A DNA stretch of 64,000 nucleotides from NCBI GenBank assembly GCA_963845865.1, contig CAWJTT010000005.1:11315-75314 (forward strand). Reading direction: 5' to 3'. The translations under genes were made by a program, and so were the position numbers. Of the stretch, positions 23,839 through 33,718 are shown in pieces (the first letter of the stretch is position 1; each line of letters starts with the position of its first letter). This stretch comes from an uncultured Actinomycetes bacterium (GTDB taxonomy: Bacteria > Actinomycetota > Thermoleophilia > Gaiellales > JALYLC01). The notes under the pieces were generated by a model. The model saw nothing but the letters and a program-made list of their open reading frames with translations, was not told where the DNA came from and made no database searches.

Positions 23839-24654
23839 TCAGCGAGACGCGGTGGACGGGTGGACCCGCACGCGCGCGCGGGGGATGTCACGCACTCGCC
23901 GCGAGAGCATGCGATCGTAGTCCGGCCCGTCGAAGAGCGCGTAGTGGTGCCGCATGGCGGCAAGCGCGGCGGCTGGATCGCGCTGCTCGATCGCCTCGAG
24001 GATGGGTAGATGCGATGCGACCTCCCAGGACTCCGGTGCGGCGAGGTCGGGAGGGAGGGAGGTGTCGACGATGATCCGTTGCAACGGACGTAAGAGAATC
24101 TCTAGGCCGGGCAGGTGCACCGACTCGACGAGGACGACGTGGAAGCGCAGGTGCGCCCTTTCGGCACGTGCCCAGTCTGCAACCTCTTCGGCGGCGCACA
24201 GGTCGGTATATGCCGCGCGGAGCCGTGAGACGTCGGCGTCGTCGCGCTCGACGGCCGCGCGCTCGCAGAGCATGAGGTCGACGGCCTCGCGCGCCTTGGC
24301 CAGGTCGGCGAGTGTCACGTCGGAGCGGACGAGGAGATCGAGGAGAGCGTCGGCGTAGGGCTCTTCGGGCTCTCCCCGCACGACCGTGCCGTACCCCTGC
24401 CGCACCTCGACCAGGCCGCGCGCAGCGAGCGAGCGGACGGCGTCGCGTACGACGCTGCGGCTGACGCCGAACGTCTCGACCAGCTCCGGCTCCGAGGGGA
24501 GGCGATGCCCTGCCGGCCACGCCCCGGTCAGCACGCGTTCGGCGAGGACGCCTGCGACCTGGTCGGAGAGCGATGACGAGCGTCCAAGGAACGGCAGCGT
24601 CGTCGTCGCGGGCTGGGTTCTCGGCTTGGGCGCGGCCATGGGTTGACTCATCAT
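23839..24654 (-). CDS. GntR family regulator (FadR subfamily, FCD effector domain)
   Basis: The HTH is LPSEPELVETFGVSRSVVRDAVRSLAARGLVEVRQGYGTVV and the C-terminal domain is helical. The start is uncertain, with ATG candidates at 24654, 24651 and 24639. Confidence 0.85.
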   Translation of the reverse strand: MMSQPMAAPKPRTQPATTTLPFLGRSSSLSDQVAGVLAERVLTGAWPAGHRLPSEPELVETFGVSRSVVRDAVRSLAARGLVEVRQGYGTVVRGEPEEPYADALLDLLVRSDVTLADLAKAREAVDLMLCERAAVERDDADVSRLRAAYTDLCAAEEVADWARAERAHLRFHVVLVESVHLPGLEILLRPLQRIIVDTSLPPDLAAPESWEVASHLPILEAIEQRDPAAALAAMRHHYALFDGPDYDRMLSRRVRDIPRARVRVHPSTASR

Positions 24655-24697
24655 ACGTCTGATCAATAGGCTTACGCCTGGCGAACCGGAGGCGAGC

Positions 24698-26290
24698 ATG
24701 ACCACGGACGGGCAGCAGTTGGACCCCCACACGCTGGGCGAGACGGGGATGACGCGCAGGGCCGCGCTCCTGGCCGGGGCGCTCGGTGCCGGCGGGCTGC
24801 TTGCCGCCCAGGGCGGACTCGGCGCCGCCGCCGCGCTGGGGGCTGCGACTCCGGAACGCGGAGGGCACCTGCGCGTCGGGCACGTCGGCGCGGGCAAGGG
24901 CGAGTCGTTCAACCCCGGCCGCGGCTCGTCGTTCATCGACGCCTCGCGCTACTACAACCTCTACGACCCGCTGGTGCGCGTCAATCCGGATTTCTCGCAG
25001 TCGCCCGCGCTCGCGCTCGCATGGACGCCGAATGCGACGCGCACGGTCTGGGAGGTCAAGCTGCGACCGGGCGTCAAGTGGCACGACGGGTCGCCGTTCA
25101 CGGCCGACGACGTGATCTACACGCTTCGTCAGATGGGCAATCCGAAGCACGTCGGTCATGCGGCGGTCCTGAACATCCGCCTGGCGGACGTCAAGAAGAA
25201 GGGCCCGTTGGTCGTCCGGATCCCGCTGAAGTCGCCGGATGCACGGCTGTCCGACTCGTTCGTGCAGCAGAACACCGTGATGATCAAGAACGGGGAGACG
25301 GACTTCGCGCATCCGATCGGCACGGGCCCGTTCATGTTCAAGTCGTTCGAGGTCGGCGTGCGCAGCCTCTGCACTCGCAACCCCGACTACTGGGAACATG
25401 GCAAGCCGTACGTCGACTCGTGGGAGGACATCTCGATCGACGACAACTCGGCACGCCTGAACGCGCTGCTCGCCGGCCAGATCGACATGATGAGCCAGCT
25501 CGACTTCAATCAGGCCAAGGCGCAGAAGTCGGCCAAGAAGATCCAGGTCATCGATGCGCCGAGCCCGGCCTACCAGGTGTTCATCATGCGCACCGACCGG
25601 CCGCCCTTCAACGACGTCAGGGTGCGGCAGGCGTTCCGGCTGATCGTCGACCGCCAGGCGTTGATCAACGTCGCGCTCGGTGGCTTCGGCACGCCGGGGA
25701 ACGACCTCTTCGGTCGGGGTCTGCCGTACTTCGCGAAGTCGCTCCCCGTGCGCAAGCAGGACATCGAGCAGGCGAAGTCGCTGCTGAAGAGCGCAGGCAA
25801 GACCAATCTCAGCGTGACGCTGCAGACCTCGAACATCGTGCCGGGGTTCACCGCAGCGGCGACGCTGCTCGCCCAGCAGGCGCAGCAAGCCGGCGTCAAG
25901 GTGCAGATCAAGACGGAGCCGGCGAACGCCTACTTCGACACGTCGCTGTTGTACACGAAGATGACCTTTGCGCAGTCGTACTGGACGACGGGCTCGCTGG
26001 CCGCGTTCTACAGCCAGGCGCTCGACTCGAAGGCGGTCTGGAACGAGACGCACTTCAAGCACGCGTCGTTCGACGCCCTGATGCGCAAGGCCACGGGCGC
26101 CACGACGGTCCCGCAGGCCACGGCACTCTGGCTCAAGGTGCAGAAGATCCAGTACGAGCGCGGTGGCTACATCGGCTGGGCCAACCAGAACATCGTCGAC
26201 GCCGCCTCGAACAAGATCAAGGGCATGGTGCCGAGCGCGTTCTTCAACCTCGGCGGGTGGGACTACCGCGACGTCTGGTTCGGGGCCTAG
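24698..26290 (+). CDS. ABC transporter substrate-binding protein, family 5 (peptide/opine/nickel type), Tat signal
   Basis: GGAGG lies 5 nt upstream. The twin-arginine signal is MTRRAALLAGALGAGGLLAAQG. VKWHDGSPFTADDVIYTL is present. Length is 530 aa. Confidence 0.9.
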   Translation: MTTDGQQLDPHTLGETGMTRRAALLAGALGAGGLLAAQGGLGAAAALGAATPERGGHLRVGHVGAGKGESFNPGRGSSFIDASRYYNLYDPLVRVNPDFSQSPALALAWTPNATRTVWEVKLRPGVKWHDGSPFTADDVIYTLRQMGNPKHVGHAAVLNIRLADVKKKGPLVVRIPLKSPDARLSDSFVQQNTVMIKNGETDFAHPIGTGPFMFKSFEVGVRSLCTRNPDYWEHGKPYVDSWEDISIDDNSARLNALLAGQIDMMSQLDFNQAKAQKSAKKIQVIDAPSPAYQVFIMRTDRPPFNDVRVRQAFRLIVDRQALINVALGGFGTPGNDLFGRGLPYFAKSLPVRKQDIEQAKSLLKSAGKTNLSVTLQTSNIVPGFTAAATLLAQQAQQAGVKVQIKTEPANAYFDTSLLYTKMTFAQSYWTTGSLAAFYSQALDSKAVWNETHFKHASFDALMRKATGATTVPQATALWLKVQKIQYERGGYIGWANQNIVDAASNKIKGMVPSAFFNLGGWDYRDVWFGA

Positions 26291-26297
26291 GGCTCGC

Positions 26298-27326
26298 GTG
26301 GGGGGCCTGGCGGAGGCCCGCGCGGTTGCGCCGCCGGGTGCCGCCCGGCGGAATCATCCGGTCGCGCGCTTTCTCGTGCGCCGCGTGGCTGCGGCGCTCG
26401 GGACGCTGCTCGTCGTGTCGATGCTCGTCTTCGCCGCTACTGAGGTGCTGCCGGGCGACGCCGCCGGCGCAGTCCTCGGAAAGACCGCGACACCGGCGCA
26501 GGTGGCGCAACTGCGGAAGACGATGGGCCTCGACAGGCCCATCGTCGTGCAGTACGGCGACTGGCTGAGCGGATTCGCCCATGGCGACCTCGGAGATTCG
26601 GCGGCGGGCTACGCGGCCGGCTCCAAGCTGCCGATCTGGGATCAGATCCGCCCGCGCCTCGTGGCGTCGCTGTGGCTCGCGGGCATCACCGCGCTCCTCA
26701 TGATTCCCCTGTCCCTGCTGCTCGGGATCATGGCGGCGCGCCACGTCGGCCGGCCGGCCGACGTCGTTATCTCGACTACCTCGCTCGCGGTCATCTCGCT
26801 GCCGGAGTTCGTGATCGGCTCGCTGCTGATCCTCGTGTTCTTTTCCTGGCTCGACGCGCTACCTCCGGTCGCGCTGCTCGAACCCGGCCAGAGCCCGGTC
26901 GAGAACCTGCGTCTCATCGTCTTGCCCGTGCTCACCCTGCTCGGAGCGACGCTCGCGGCCTCCGTGCGCATGACGCGCGCCGGGATGATCCAGGCGCTGC
27001 GCGCGGACTTCGCCGAGATGGCGCGCCTCAACGGGTTCCCGGAGCGGCGCGTCGTCTGGCGGCACGCGCTGCGCAACGCGCTCGCGCCCGCTGTGCAGGT
27101 CTTCGCCCAGAATCTGCAGTACCTCATCGGCGGCGTGATCGTGGTCGAGTATCTCTTCGGCTACCCGGGACTCGGCAAGGAGCTCGTGGACTCGGTCGCG
27201 GTACGCGACGTCAGCGCGGTGCAGTCGATCGCACTCCTGATCGCGTTCGCCGTGATCTGCCTCAATCTGATCGCCGATCTGCTCGTCGTGCTGCTCGTGC
27301 CACGGCTGCGGACGGCCGCGCGGTGA
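26298..27326 (+). CDS. ABC transporter permease (DppB/OppB type)
   Basis: FLVRRVAAALGTLLVVSMLVFAATEVLPGD is present, along with the EAA-type loop region. GTG 26298 lies 8 nt after the SBP stop and is approximate. Confidence 0.85.
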   Translation: MGGLAEARAVAPPGAARRNHPVARFLVRRVAAALGTLLVVSMLVFAATEVLPGDAAGAVLGKTATPAQVAQLRKTMGLDRPIVVQYGDWLSGFAHGDLGDSAAGYAAGSKLPIWDQIRPRLVASLWLAGITALLMIPLSLLLGIMAARHVGRPADVVISTTSLAVISLPEFVIGSLLILVFFSWLDALPPVALLEPGQSPVENLRLIVLPVLTLLGATLAASVRMTRAGMIQALRADFAEMARLNGFPERRVVWRHALRNALAPAVQVFAQNLQYLIGGVIVVEYLFGYPGLGKELVDSVAVRDVSAVQSIALLIAFAVICLNLIADLLVVLLVPRLRTAAR

Positions 27327-28153
27327 GCAGGTTCCGTTTCGCGGCCACGCCCTCGGGCGCGATCGGGCTCGTGCTCCTGTCCTTCGTGTTGCTGGTCGCG
27401 CTCGTTGGTCCCTCCTTCGCGCCCCACCCGCCTGCGCAGACGATCGGCCTGCCGTTCGCAGACCCGGCCCACGGCATTCCCCTCGGCAGCGACGTGCTCG
27501 GGCGCGATGGGCTCTCGCGCACGCTCTGGGGTGGCCGCAGCGTGCTCGGGCTCGCCGGCACGGCGACCCTGCTCGCCTATCTCGCCGGCGCCGCGATCGG
27601 GCTCTCCTCGGGCTACCTGGCGGGACCCGTCGACGCCCTCCTGATGAGGGGCGTCGATGTGCTCGCGTCGATTCCCGCGCTGCTCTTCATCCTCCTGCTC
27701 GTGACCGGCGCCGGCACCAGCAACACCACGCTCGTCATCGCCGTCGCGGTGGTACAGGCGCCCCTGATCGCCCGCGTCGTGCGCTCGGCGACGCTGGAGC
27801 AGTCGGTGCGCGCATTCGTCGAGGCGGCGGTCGCGCGCGGCGAGCGCGCGAGCGCGATCATCACGCGCGAAATCGTGCCGAACATCGTCCCGTCCGTCAT
27901 GGCCGACGCCGGCCTGCGGTTGACCTACTCGATCATCCTCGTCGCATCGGTGAACTTCTTCGGGCTCGGGCTCCAGCCGCCGGCGGCCGATTGGGCGCTG
28001 ATGATCTCGGAGAACCGCAGCGGCTTCAATCTCAACCCCTGGGTGATCATCGCCCCGGCCGTCATGATCGCGCTGCTGACGATCTCGGTGAACCTCGTCG
28101 GCGACGCGCTCGCGCGCAGTCTGGGGCGCTCGGACGTGCGGAGCGAGGCATGA
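27323..28153 (+). CDS. ABC transporter permease (DppC/OppC type)
   Basis: GTG 27323 overlaps the previous stop (GTGA). GSDVLGRDGLSRTLWGGR and FVEAAVARGERASAIITREIVPN are present. Confidence 0.85.
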   Translation: MSRFRFAATPSGAIGLVLLSFVLLVALVGPSFAPHPPAQTIGLPFADPAHGIPLGSDVLGRDGLSRTLWGGRSVLGLAGTATLLAYLAGAAIGLSSGYLAGPVDALLMRGVDVLASIPALLFILLLVTGAGTSNTTLVIAVAVVQAPLIARVVRSATLEQSVRAFVEAAVARGERASAIITREIVPNIVPSVMADAGLRLTYSIILVASVNFFGLGLQPPAADWALMISENRSGFNLNPWVIIAPAVMIALLTISVNLVGDALARSLGRSDVRSEA

Positions 28154-29922
28154 CCGCCGCGCTCGAGGCACGCGGGGTGCGCGTCGAGCTGCGAGGTGGG
28201 ACGCCGATCATCGACGGCGTCGACCTGACACTCGCGCCTGGACGCGTGCTCGGCCTCGTGGGCGAGTCGGGAAGCGGGAAGACGACGACGGCCCTCGCGC
28301 TGCTCGGCTACGCGCGACCGGGCACGCGTATCGTCGCGGGGACGGCCGACGTCGCCGGGGCACGCCTGCCGCTCGGCAACGAGCGTGCGCTCCGGCCGCT
28401 GCGCGGCAGGCGGATCGCCTATGTCGCGCAGGATCCCTCGTCGGCGCTCGACCCGACGGTGCGGATCGGCCGAGCCGTGGACGAGATGCTCGAGGTGCAC
28501 GCGCGCGAGCGGAGGGGAGCGGTCGAACGCCTGCTCGGCGCCGTCGGACTGCCGACCGACGCTGCCTTCCGGCGGCGCTATCCGCATGAGGTGTCGGGCG
28601 GTCAGAAGCAGCGCGTCGCGATCGCGACCGCGCTCGCCTGCGAACCGCCGGTGGTGGTGCTGGACGAGCCAACCACCGGCCTCGATGTCGTCACACAGGC
28701 GCGCGTGCTCGCCGAGATCCGTCGCATCCGGGACGAGCTCGGCGTCGCGCTCGTGTACGTCTCTCACGATCTCGCCGTGGTGGCCGAGATCGCCGACGAG
28801 ATCGCCGTCCTCTACGCCGGCCGGATCGTCGAGCAAGCGCCCGCGAACGCCATCGCGACGCGGCCGCGGCATCCGTATACGCGCGGTCTTGTCGGCTCGA
28901 TCCCCGATCCCACGATGCCGCGGCGACTCGTCTCGATGCCGGGAGTCGCAGCGGCCGTGGGAGAGTGGCCGCGCGGCTGTGCCTTCGCGCCTCGCTGCGA
29001 TCAGGTCGTACCTGCCTGCACGCTCGCCCTGCCCGAGCTGGTCACCGCGGCCGCCGACTGGACCGTGCGCTGCCCCGAGCACGAGCGCACCCCGCCGCTG
29101 GCGGCGGGCACGCCGATCTCGGCTTTCGTGACGCCGAGCGAGGGTCCTCCGGTGCTGTCCGTAGACCGGCTGCACGCCACATATGGCACGGGCCGCAGTC
29201 GCACGACCGCCGTCGCGGATCTCAGCCTGGCGATCGGGCACGGTGCCTGCCTGGCGCTGGTGGGCGAGTCGGGCTCGGGCAAGACAACTGCGGCGCGTTG
29301 CATCGCCGGCCTGCATCGCCCGACGGGCGGCTCGATCAGCCTCGACGGCAGTGTCCTTGCGGGGCGCGCGCGGGATCGCTCGCGCGACGAGCGCCGGCGG
29401 GTGCAGCTGATCTTCCAGAACCCGTACGAGTCGCTCAATCCGCGCCATCGCGTGGGCCAGGCGATCATGCGGCCCGCGCGCATGCTGCGTGGCATCGACG
29501 GCGCCGCCGCCGAGCGCGAGCTCGCAACGCTGCTCGAGCAGGTCAGACTTCCATCCCGCACGGCGTCACGCTTCCCCGGCGAGCTGTCGGGTGGCGAGCG
29601 CCAGCGCGTGGCCATCGCCCGCGCGCTCGCGGCCGAGCCGTCGGTGCTGGTCTGCGACGAGGTGACGAGCGCCCTCGACGTCTCGGTTCAGGCGGCGGTG
29701 CTCGATCTGCTCGACGACTTGCGGCGGCGGCTGGGGCTGGCGATCCTCTTCATCACGCACGATCTCGGCGTCGTCGCGGCGATCGCCGACGACGTCATCG
29801 TGCTCGAGCTGGGCGAGGTACGCGAGCGCGGGCCCGCGGGCCGCGTGCTCGTCGATCCGCGCGACCCGTACACGAAGGCACTCGTCGCCGCGGCACCGCG
29901 CCTTCCAAAGGTCAGCCAATGA
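28150..29922 (+). CDS. fused double ABC ATPase (DppD-DppF type)
   Basis: ATG 28150 overlaps the previous stop (ATGA). There are two Walker A motifs (GESGSGKTTTA and GESGSGKTTAA) and two signature motifs (VSGGQKQR and LSGGERQR). Length is 590 aa. Confidence 0.9.
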   Translation: MTAALEARGVRVELRGGTPIIDGVDLTLAPGRVLGLVGESGSGKTTTALALLGYARPGTRIVAGTADVAGARLPLGNERALRPLRGRRIAYVAQDPSSALDPTVRIGRAVDEMLEVHARERRGAVERLLGAVGLPTDAAFRRRYPHEVSGGQKQRVAIATALACEPPVVVLDEPTTGLDVVTQARVLAEIRRIRDELGVALVYVSHDLAVVAEIADEIAVLYAGRIVEQAPANAIATRPRHPYTRGLVGSIPDPTMPRRLVSMPGVAAAVGEWPRGCAFAPRCDQVVPACTLALPELVTAAADWTVRCPEHERTPPLAAGTPISAFVTPSEGPPVLSVDRLHATYGTGRSRTTAVADLSLAIGHGACLALVGESGSGKTTAARCIAGLHRPTGGSISLDGSVLAGRARDRSRDERRRVQLIFQNPYESLNPRHRVGQAIMRPARMLRGIDGAAAERELATLLEQVRLPSRTASRFPGELSGGERQRVAIARALAAEPSVLVCDEVTSALDVSVQAAVLDLLDDLRRRLGLAILFITHDLGVVAAIADDVIVLELGEVRERGPAGRVLVDPRDPYTKALVAAAPRLPKVSQ

Positions 29923-30815
29923 CGATCACCATGGGCGACGGGGTGATCTCGCTCACGATCGCTCCCGATCGGGGCGGCGAGGTTCGGTCCCTGCGAGCGG
30001 CAGGCGTGGAGCTGCTCTACCGCCCGCCGTGGGAGCCCGCGCCCCTTCCCCCGGGCCCTCTCGCTGCGGAGGCGTGGGAGCGGTCGTGGCATGGCGGGTG
30101 GCAGTTGCTCTGGCCGAACGCCGGTGTCGCCTGCGTCGTCGACGGCAGCGCGCACGGTTTCCACGGCGCCGGATCGGTTGCGCCCTTCACGGTCGTGCAG
30201 GAGGATGAGCGGCACGCCCTCCTGCACTGCGATCTCGACGGGCTCTCGTGCGAGCGCGGCTACGAGGTGGACGGCGGTCGGGTGCGTGCCACGACACGCG
30301 TCATGAACTGCGGCGAACGGACGATTCCGCTCATCACCGTCGAGCACCTCGTCCTCGGAGGCCGCCTGGCCGCGGCAGGAACGACGGTCGGGCTCGACGG
30401 CGGGTGGCTCGTCGAGCAGAGCTGGGACGGGACGCCGCACCCGCCCGGCAGCGGCTGGCCGTCGCTCGACCGCGAGGACTACTCGGTGCTTCCAGAGACG
30501 ACCTCGCGCTTCGCGGTCGTGCAGGACCTGCCCGCCGGCCGGGCGCGCATCACCGGAGCCGAGGACGTTGCGCTCGACATCTCGTTCGATCACGCCGCCT
30601 ACCCGCATCTGTGGATCTGGGAGGAGCGCGGCGGTGCCGTGGTTCCGCCTTGGAATGGCGACGGAGAGTGCCTCGCCGTGGAGCCGGCGAGCGTCCCTTC
30701 GACCGATGGGCTCGCCGGCGCGATCGAGCGCGGCGAGGCCACGCTGCTTGCGCCGGGGGACGAGCGATCGAGCTGGATCGAGCTTGTACCCGGAAAGAGC
30801 GGGAGGCTGGAATGA
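29919..30815 (+). CDS. aldose-1-epimerase-like (DUF4432-type) protein
   Basis: It overlaps the ATPase gene by ATGA. WHGGWQLLWPNAG...HGFHGAGS and the beta-rich body resemble a mutarotase-like fold. Length is 298 aa. Confidence 0.6.
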   Translation: MTITMGDGVISLTIAPDRGGEVRSLRAAGVELLYRPPWEPAPLPPGPLAAEAWERSWHGGWQLLWPNAGVACVVDGSAHGFHGAGSVAPFTVVQEDERHALLHCDLDGLSCERGYEVDGGRVRATTRVMNCGERTIPLITVEHLVLGGRLAAAGTTVGLDGGWLVEQSWDGTPHPPGSGWPSLDREDYSVLPETTSRFAVVQDLPAGRARITGAEDVALDISFDHAAYPHLWIWEERGGAVVPPWNGDGECLAVEPASVPSTDGLAGAIERGEATLLAPGDERSSWIELVPGKSGRLE

Positions 30816-31988
30816 CCGCAAGCCGTGTCGTGGACGTCGAGGCGATTCCGCTGGTGACGGGCCGGGGGCCGGGCGATCTCGACGCCGGCAACGAGACGGT
30901 TCTCGTGCGCGTGACCGACGAGGACGGTCGTGTCGGCGTGGGCGAGTCGGACGCGCCGGCACGGATCGTGCAGGAGCTCGTCGACATGGACGATCTCTTC
31001 GAATGGAGCCGGGGCCTCCGCTCGATCGTGGTCGGGCTCGACCCGTTCGAGCTCGCCGCGAACCACGCGCGCATGTTGCGGGAGACGCAGTACCACGGCC
31101 GGCGGGGCCTGGGCGTGCACGCCGTGAGCGCGGTGGACATGGCGCTCTACGACCTTGCGGGAAAGCAGCTCGAGCGGCCCGCCTACCAGCTGCTCGGCGG
31201 CGCGTGCCGGACGGCGCTCCGCCCCTACGCGACGATCTGGCCCGGAAGCCCGAACGGACGCACGATCGGCGAGATGATGGACGTGATCGCCGAGCAGTTC
31301 GAGCGCGCGCTCGCGCTCGGCTTCCGCGCCCTCAAGATGGAGGTCATCTTTCGCGACCTCGTGAACGATCGCGAGCTCGAGCAGTGCGTGCGGGAGGGAC
31401 GCCGGCTGCTCGGGCCCGACATCGCCATGCTGGTCGACTTCGGTTACCGCTGGACACACTGGCGCGACGCGGCACGCGTGCTCACGCGGCTGGACGAACT
31501 GCGACATCTTCCTCGCCGAAGCGACCGTGCAGCACGACGATCTCGACGGGCACGCGCGCCTCGCACGCGCCGCGCCCATGCGCATCGCCGGCGCGGAGTT
31601 CGCCGCCACGGTGCAGGAGTGCCGCGAGTGGCTCGAGCGTGGGCACGTCGACGTGCTGCAGCCCGACGTCAACCGCTGCGGCGGTCTCACCGAGCTGCGG
31701 CGGATCGCAGAGCTCGCGTCGCACCATGGGGCGGAGGTCGTGCCGCACGGCTGGAAGACCGGCATCACGGTCGCCGCGCAGAGGCATTTCCAGGCCGCCA
31801 CCCCGTGCTGTCCGCTGATCGAGACGTTCCATCCCGACCTCTTCGCCTCGACGTTGCGCGAGTCCCTGACCGGCCCCGAGGCGGTCATCTCCGGTGGGCT
31901 TCTCCCGCTGCCGGAAGGGCCGGGACTCGGCGTCGCCGTCGACGAGGCAGTCGTCGACCGCTACCGCATCCCGGAGGGAGCGTCATGA
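30812..31988 (+). pseudogene. enolase-superfamily enzyme (mandelate racemase / muconate lactonizing family) with a +1 frame change at about 31502
   Basis: Frame 1 reads MTASRVVDVEAIPL...AVDMALYDLAGK...KMEV...LVDFGYRW...RVLTRLDEL and then turns into Arg-rich nonsense. Frame 2 continues DIFLAEATVQHDDLDGHARLA...PMRIAGAEF...VDVLQPDVNRCGGLTE...VPHGW. Skipping C31502 gives LDELDIFLAEA and a 391-aa product. Confidence 0.75.
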
Positions 31989-33094
31989 CGCAGACCGCGA
32001 CCCGAGCCGCCGTCCTCCGCGCGTTCGGCGAGCCGCAGAGCATCGAGGACGTCGAGCTCAGGCCGCCGGGGCCGGGAGAGGCGCGGGTACGCATCCTGGC
32101 CGCGGGCGTCTGTCACAGCGACGTGGGTCAGGCGGCGGGGGAGTGGTCCTTCCCGCTCCCCGTCGTGCTCGGCCACGAAGGCGCCGGAGTCGTCGAGGAG
32201 GTGGGCCCCGATGTCAGCATGCCCGTCGGGACGCGCGTCGTCCTGAGCCTCGCGCCTGGCTGCGGCGCGTGCGCGCACTGCCACGCCGGCTCGCCGATCC
32301 GCTGCCAGGCCGCGCTCGCCGCCATGAGCGAAGGGCGCTTGACGACCGGTCCGACGCCGATCTCGACCCCCGCCGGCGAGATTGCGACCTATTCGCTCCT
32401 CTCCTGCTTTGCAGAGCACGCCGTCGTGGCCGCGCGCAGCCTCATTCCGATTCCCCACGACCTCCCCGCCGAGGCAGCGGCGCTGGTCGGCTGCGCCGTG
32501 ATCACGGGCGTGGGTTCTGCGATCGTCACGCTCGGAGTCCCCCCGGGAAGCCGCGGCGCCGTGATCGGAGTCGGCGGCGTCGGCGTGAATGCGATCCAGG
32601 GCGCGCGGATCTGCGGCGCGAGCTCGATCCTCGCGCTCGACCCGTCGGCCGAGCGACGCGAGCTCGCACAACGCTTCGGAGCCACCAGCCTCGTCGACAG
32701 TCGCGACTCGGACGTCGTCGCTGCGTTGCGGTCGGCCGCGCCCACGGATGGGCTCGACTGGACGATCGTGACCGTCGGAAACACGACCGCGATGCGCCTG
32801 GGGGTGGAACTCCTGCGTCCCGGCGGCACGGCCGCCATCGTCGGGCTCGCTCCTGAGGGAACGCCGGCAGCGATCGACATGCTCGATCTCGTGACCTACG
32901 AGCGGCGCATCGTGGGCTCGGCCTACGGCTCGATGGCTCCGCCGATCCTGATCCCGAAGATCATCGAGCTCTACCGCTCCGGCGCTCTCCTGCTCGACGA
33001 GCTCGTCAGCCATCGCTTCCCGCTTGACGGCATCAACGACGCGTTCGCGCTCTCGGCGCGTGCCGGCGGCCTGCGCGCCGTGCTCGAGATGTGA
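31985..33094 (+). CDS. zinc-dependent alcohol dehydrogenase (MDR superfamily)
   Basis: It overlaps the previous gene by ATGA. GVCHSDV, GHEGAGVVEEVG, the structural-zinc cysteines CGACAHCHAGSPIRC and the Rossmann motif GVGGVGVNA are present. Length is 369 aa. Confidence 0.9.
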   Translation: MTQTATRAAVLRAFGEPQSIEDVELRPPGPGEARVRILAAGVCHSDVGQAAGEWSFPLPVVLGHEGAGVVEEVGPDVSMPVGTRVVLSLAPGCGACAHCHAGSPIRCQAALAAMSEGRLTTGPTPISTPAGEIATYSLLSCFAEHAVVAARSLIPIPHDLPAEAAALVGCAVITGVGSAIVTLGVPPGSRGAVIGVGGVGVNAIQGARICGASSILALDPSAERRELAQRFGATSLVDSRDSDVVAALRSAAPTDGLDWTIVTVGNTTAMRLGVELLRPGGTAAIVGLAPEGTPAAIDMLDLVTYERRIVGSAYGSMAPPILIPKIIELYRSGALLLDELVSHRFPLDGINDAFALSARAGGLRAVLEM

Positions 33095-33147
33095 GGCCCT
33101 TGCGTGCCGGCCGGTCGCCGCCGTCTGAGCGCGTGGCGACTCCTCAC

Positions 33148-33186
33148 GGGTTGGCGAGCGGCGCGCCGGGCGCCGCTCGCCAACCC
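33148..33186. terminator. 17-bp perfect hairpin between convergent genes
   Basis: GGGTTGGCGAGCGGCGC - gccgg - GCGCCGCTCGCCAACCC. Confidence 0.6.
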
Positions 33187-33220
33187 TGACAGGACGAGCC
33201 ATTGGCCGCCTGAGGTGCGG

Positions 33221-33718
33221 TCAGGCTGCGGCTCCGTCCTTCTCCCTCGTGGCGAGCCACTGACCCACCCATTCCCCGCTGATCTGCCGCGTCGCGACGT
33301 TGAGGCGGTTCCAGGTGTTGATCGAGGCGATCGCGAGCACGAGCGCGGCGAGCTGCGGCTCGTCGTAGTGGCGCGCGGCGTCGTCCCACACGTCGTCCGG
33401 AACGGGATCAGTGCGGTCGGCCAGACGGGTGGCCGCCTCGGTGAGCGCGAGCGCGGCCCGCTCGGCCTCGGTGAAGTACGAGGCATCGCGCCAGGCGGCG
33501 ACCGCGTTGATGCGCGCATCGGGCTCGCCCGCAGCCTTGAGCTCGCGGGAGTGGATGTCGACGCAGACGCCGCAGCCGTTGATCTGGCTCGCGCGCAGCT
33601 CGACGAGGTACAGCGTCGTGTCGGGGATGGCGGTCTGCATGATCGCGGTGGCGACCGCCTGCAGCCCCTTCAGGGCGCCGGGAACGGTGAGAGCCGGGTT
33701 GTCGATCCGTGTCTGCAT
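33221..33718 (-). CDS. carboxymuconolactone decarboxylase family protein (AhpD-like)
   Basis: ATG 33718 has AGGAGG upstream. The CxxC motif is INGCGVCVDIH. Length is 165 aa. Confidence 0.85.
   Translation of the reverse strand: MQTRIDNPALTVPGALKGLQAVATAIMQTAIPDTTLYLVELRASQINGCGVCVDIHSRELKAAGEPDARINAVAAWRDASYFTEAERAALALTEAATRLADRTDPVPDDVWDDAARHYDEPQLAALVLAIASINTWNRLNVATRQISGEWVGQWLATREKDGAAA

Noticed and set aside
24655-24697. A GntR operator in the 43-58 nt divergent gap, which includes TGATCA.
   Set aside because: I could not define a convincing GT-N-AC type palindrome by eye, so it is not reported as a feature.
15702-24700. An integrase, excisionase or att repeat that would define a tRNA-Tyr island.
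   Set aside because: No tyrosine or serine recombinase motifs appear in any frame, and I could not find a copy of the tRNA 3' end by eye. The block is therefore reported only as compositionally and functionally accessory.
23888-26062. A 724-aa minus-strand ORF. Similar very long ORFs are 54230..56452 (minus), 54310..56556 (plus), 38495..40267 (plus), 43561..44610 (plus part), 59831..60553 and 10826..12181.
   Set aside because: All are antisense or off-frame to genes with clear family motifs, and all show the typical GC-rich shadow composition (R, G, A, P, D runs).
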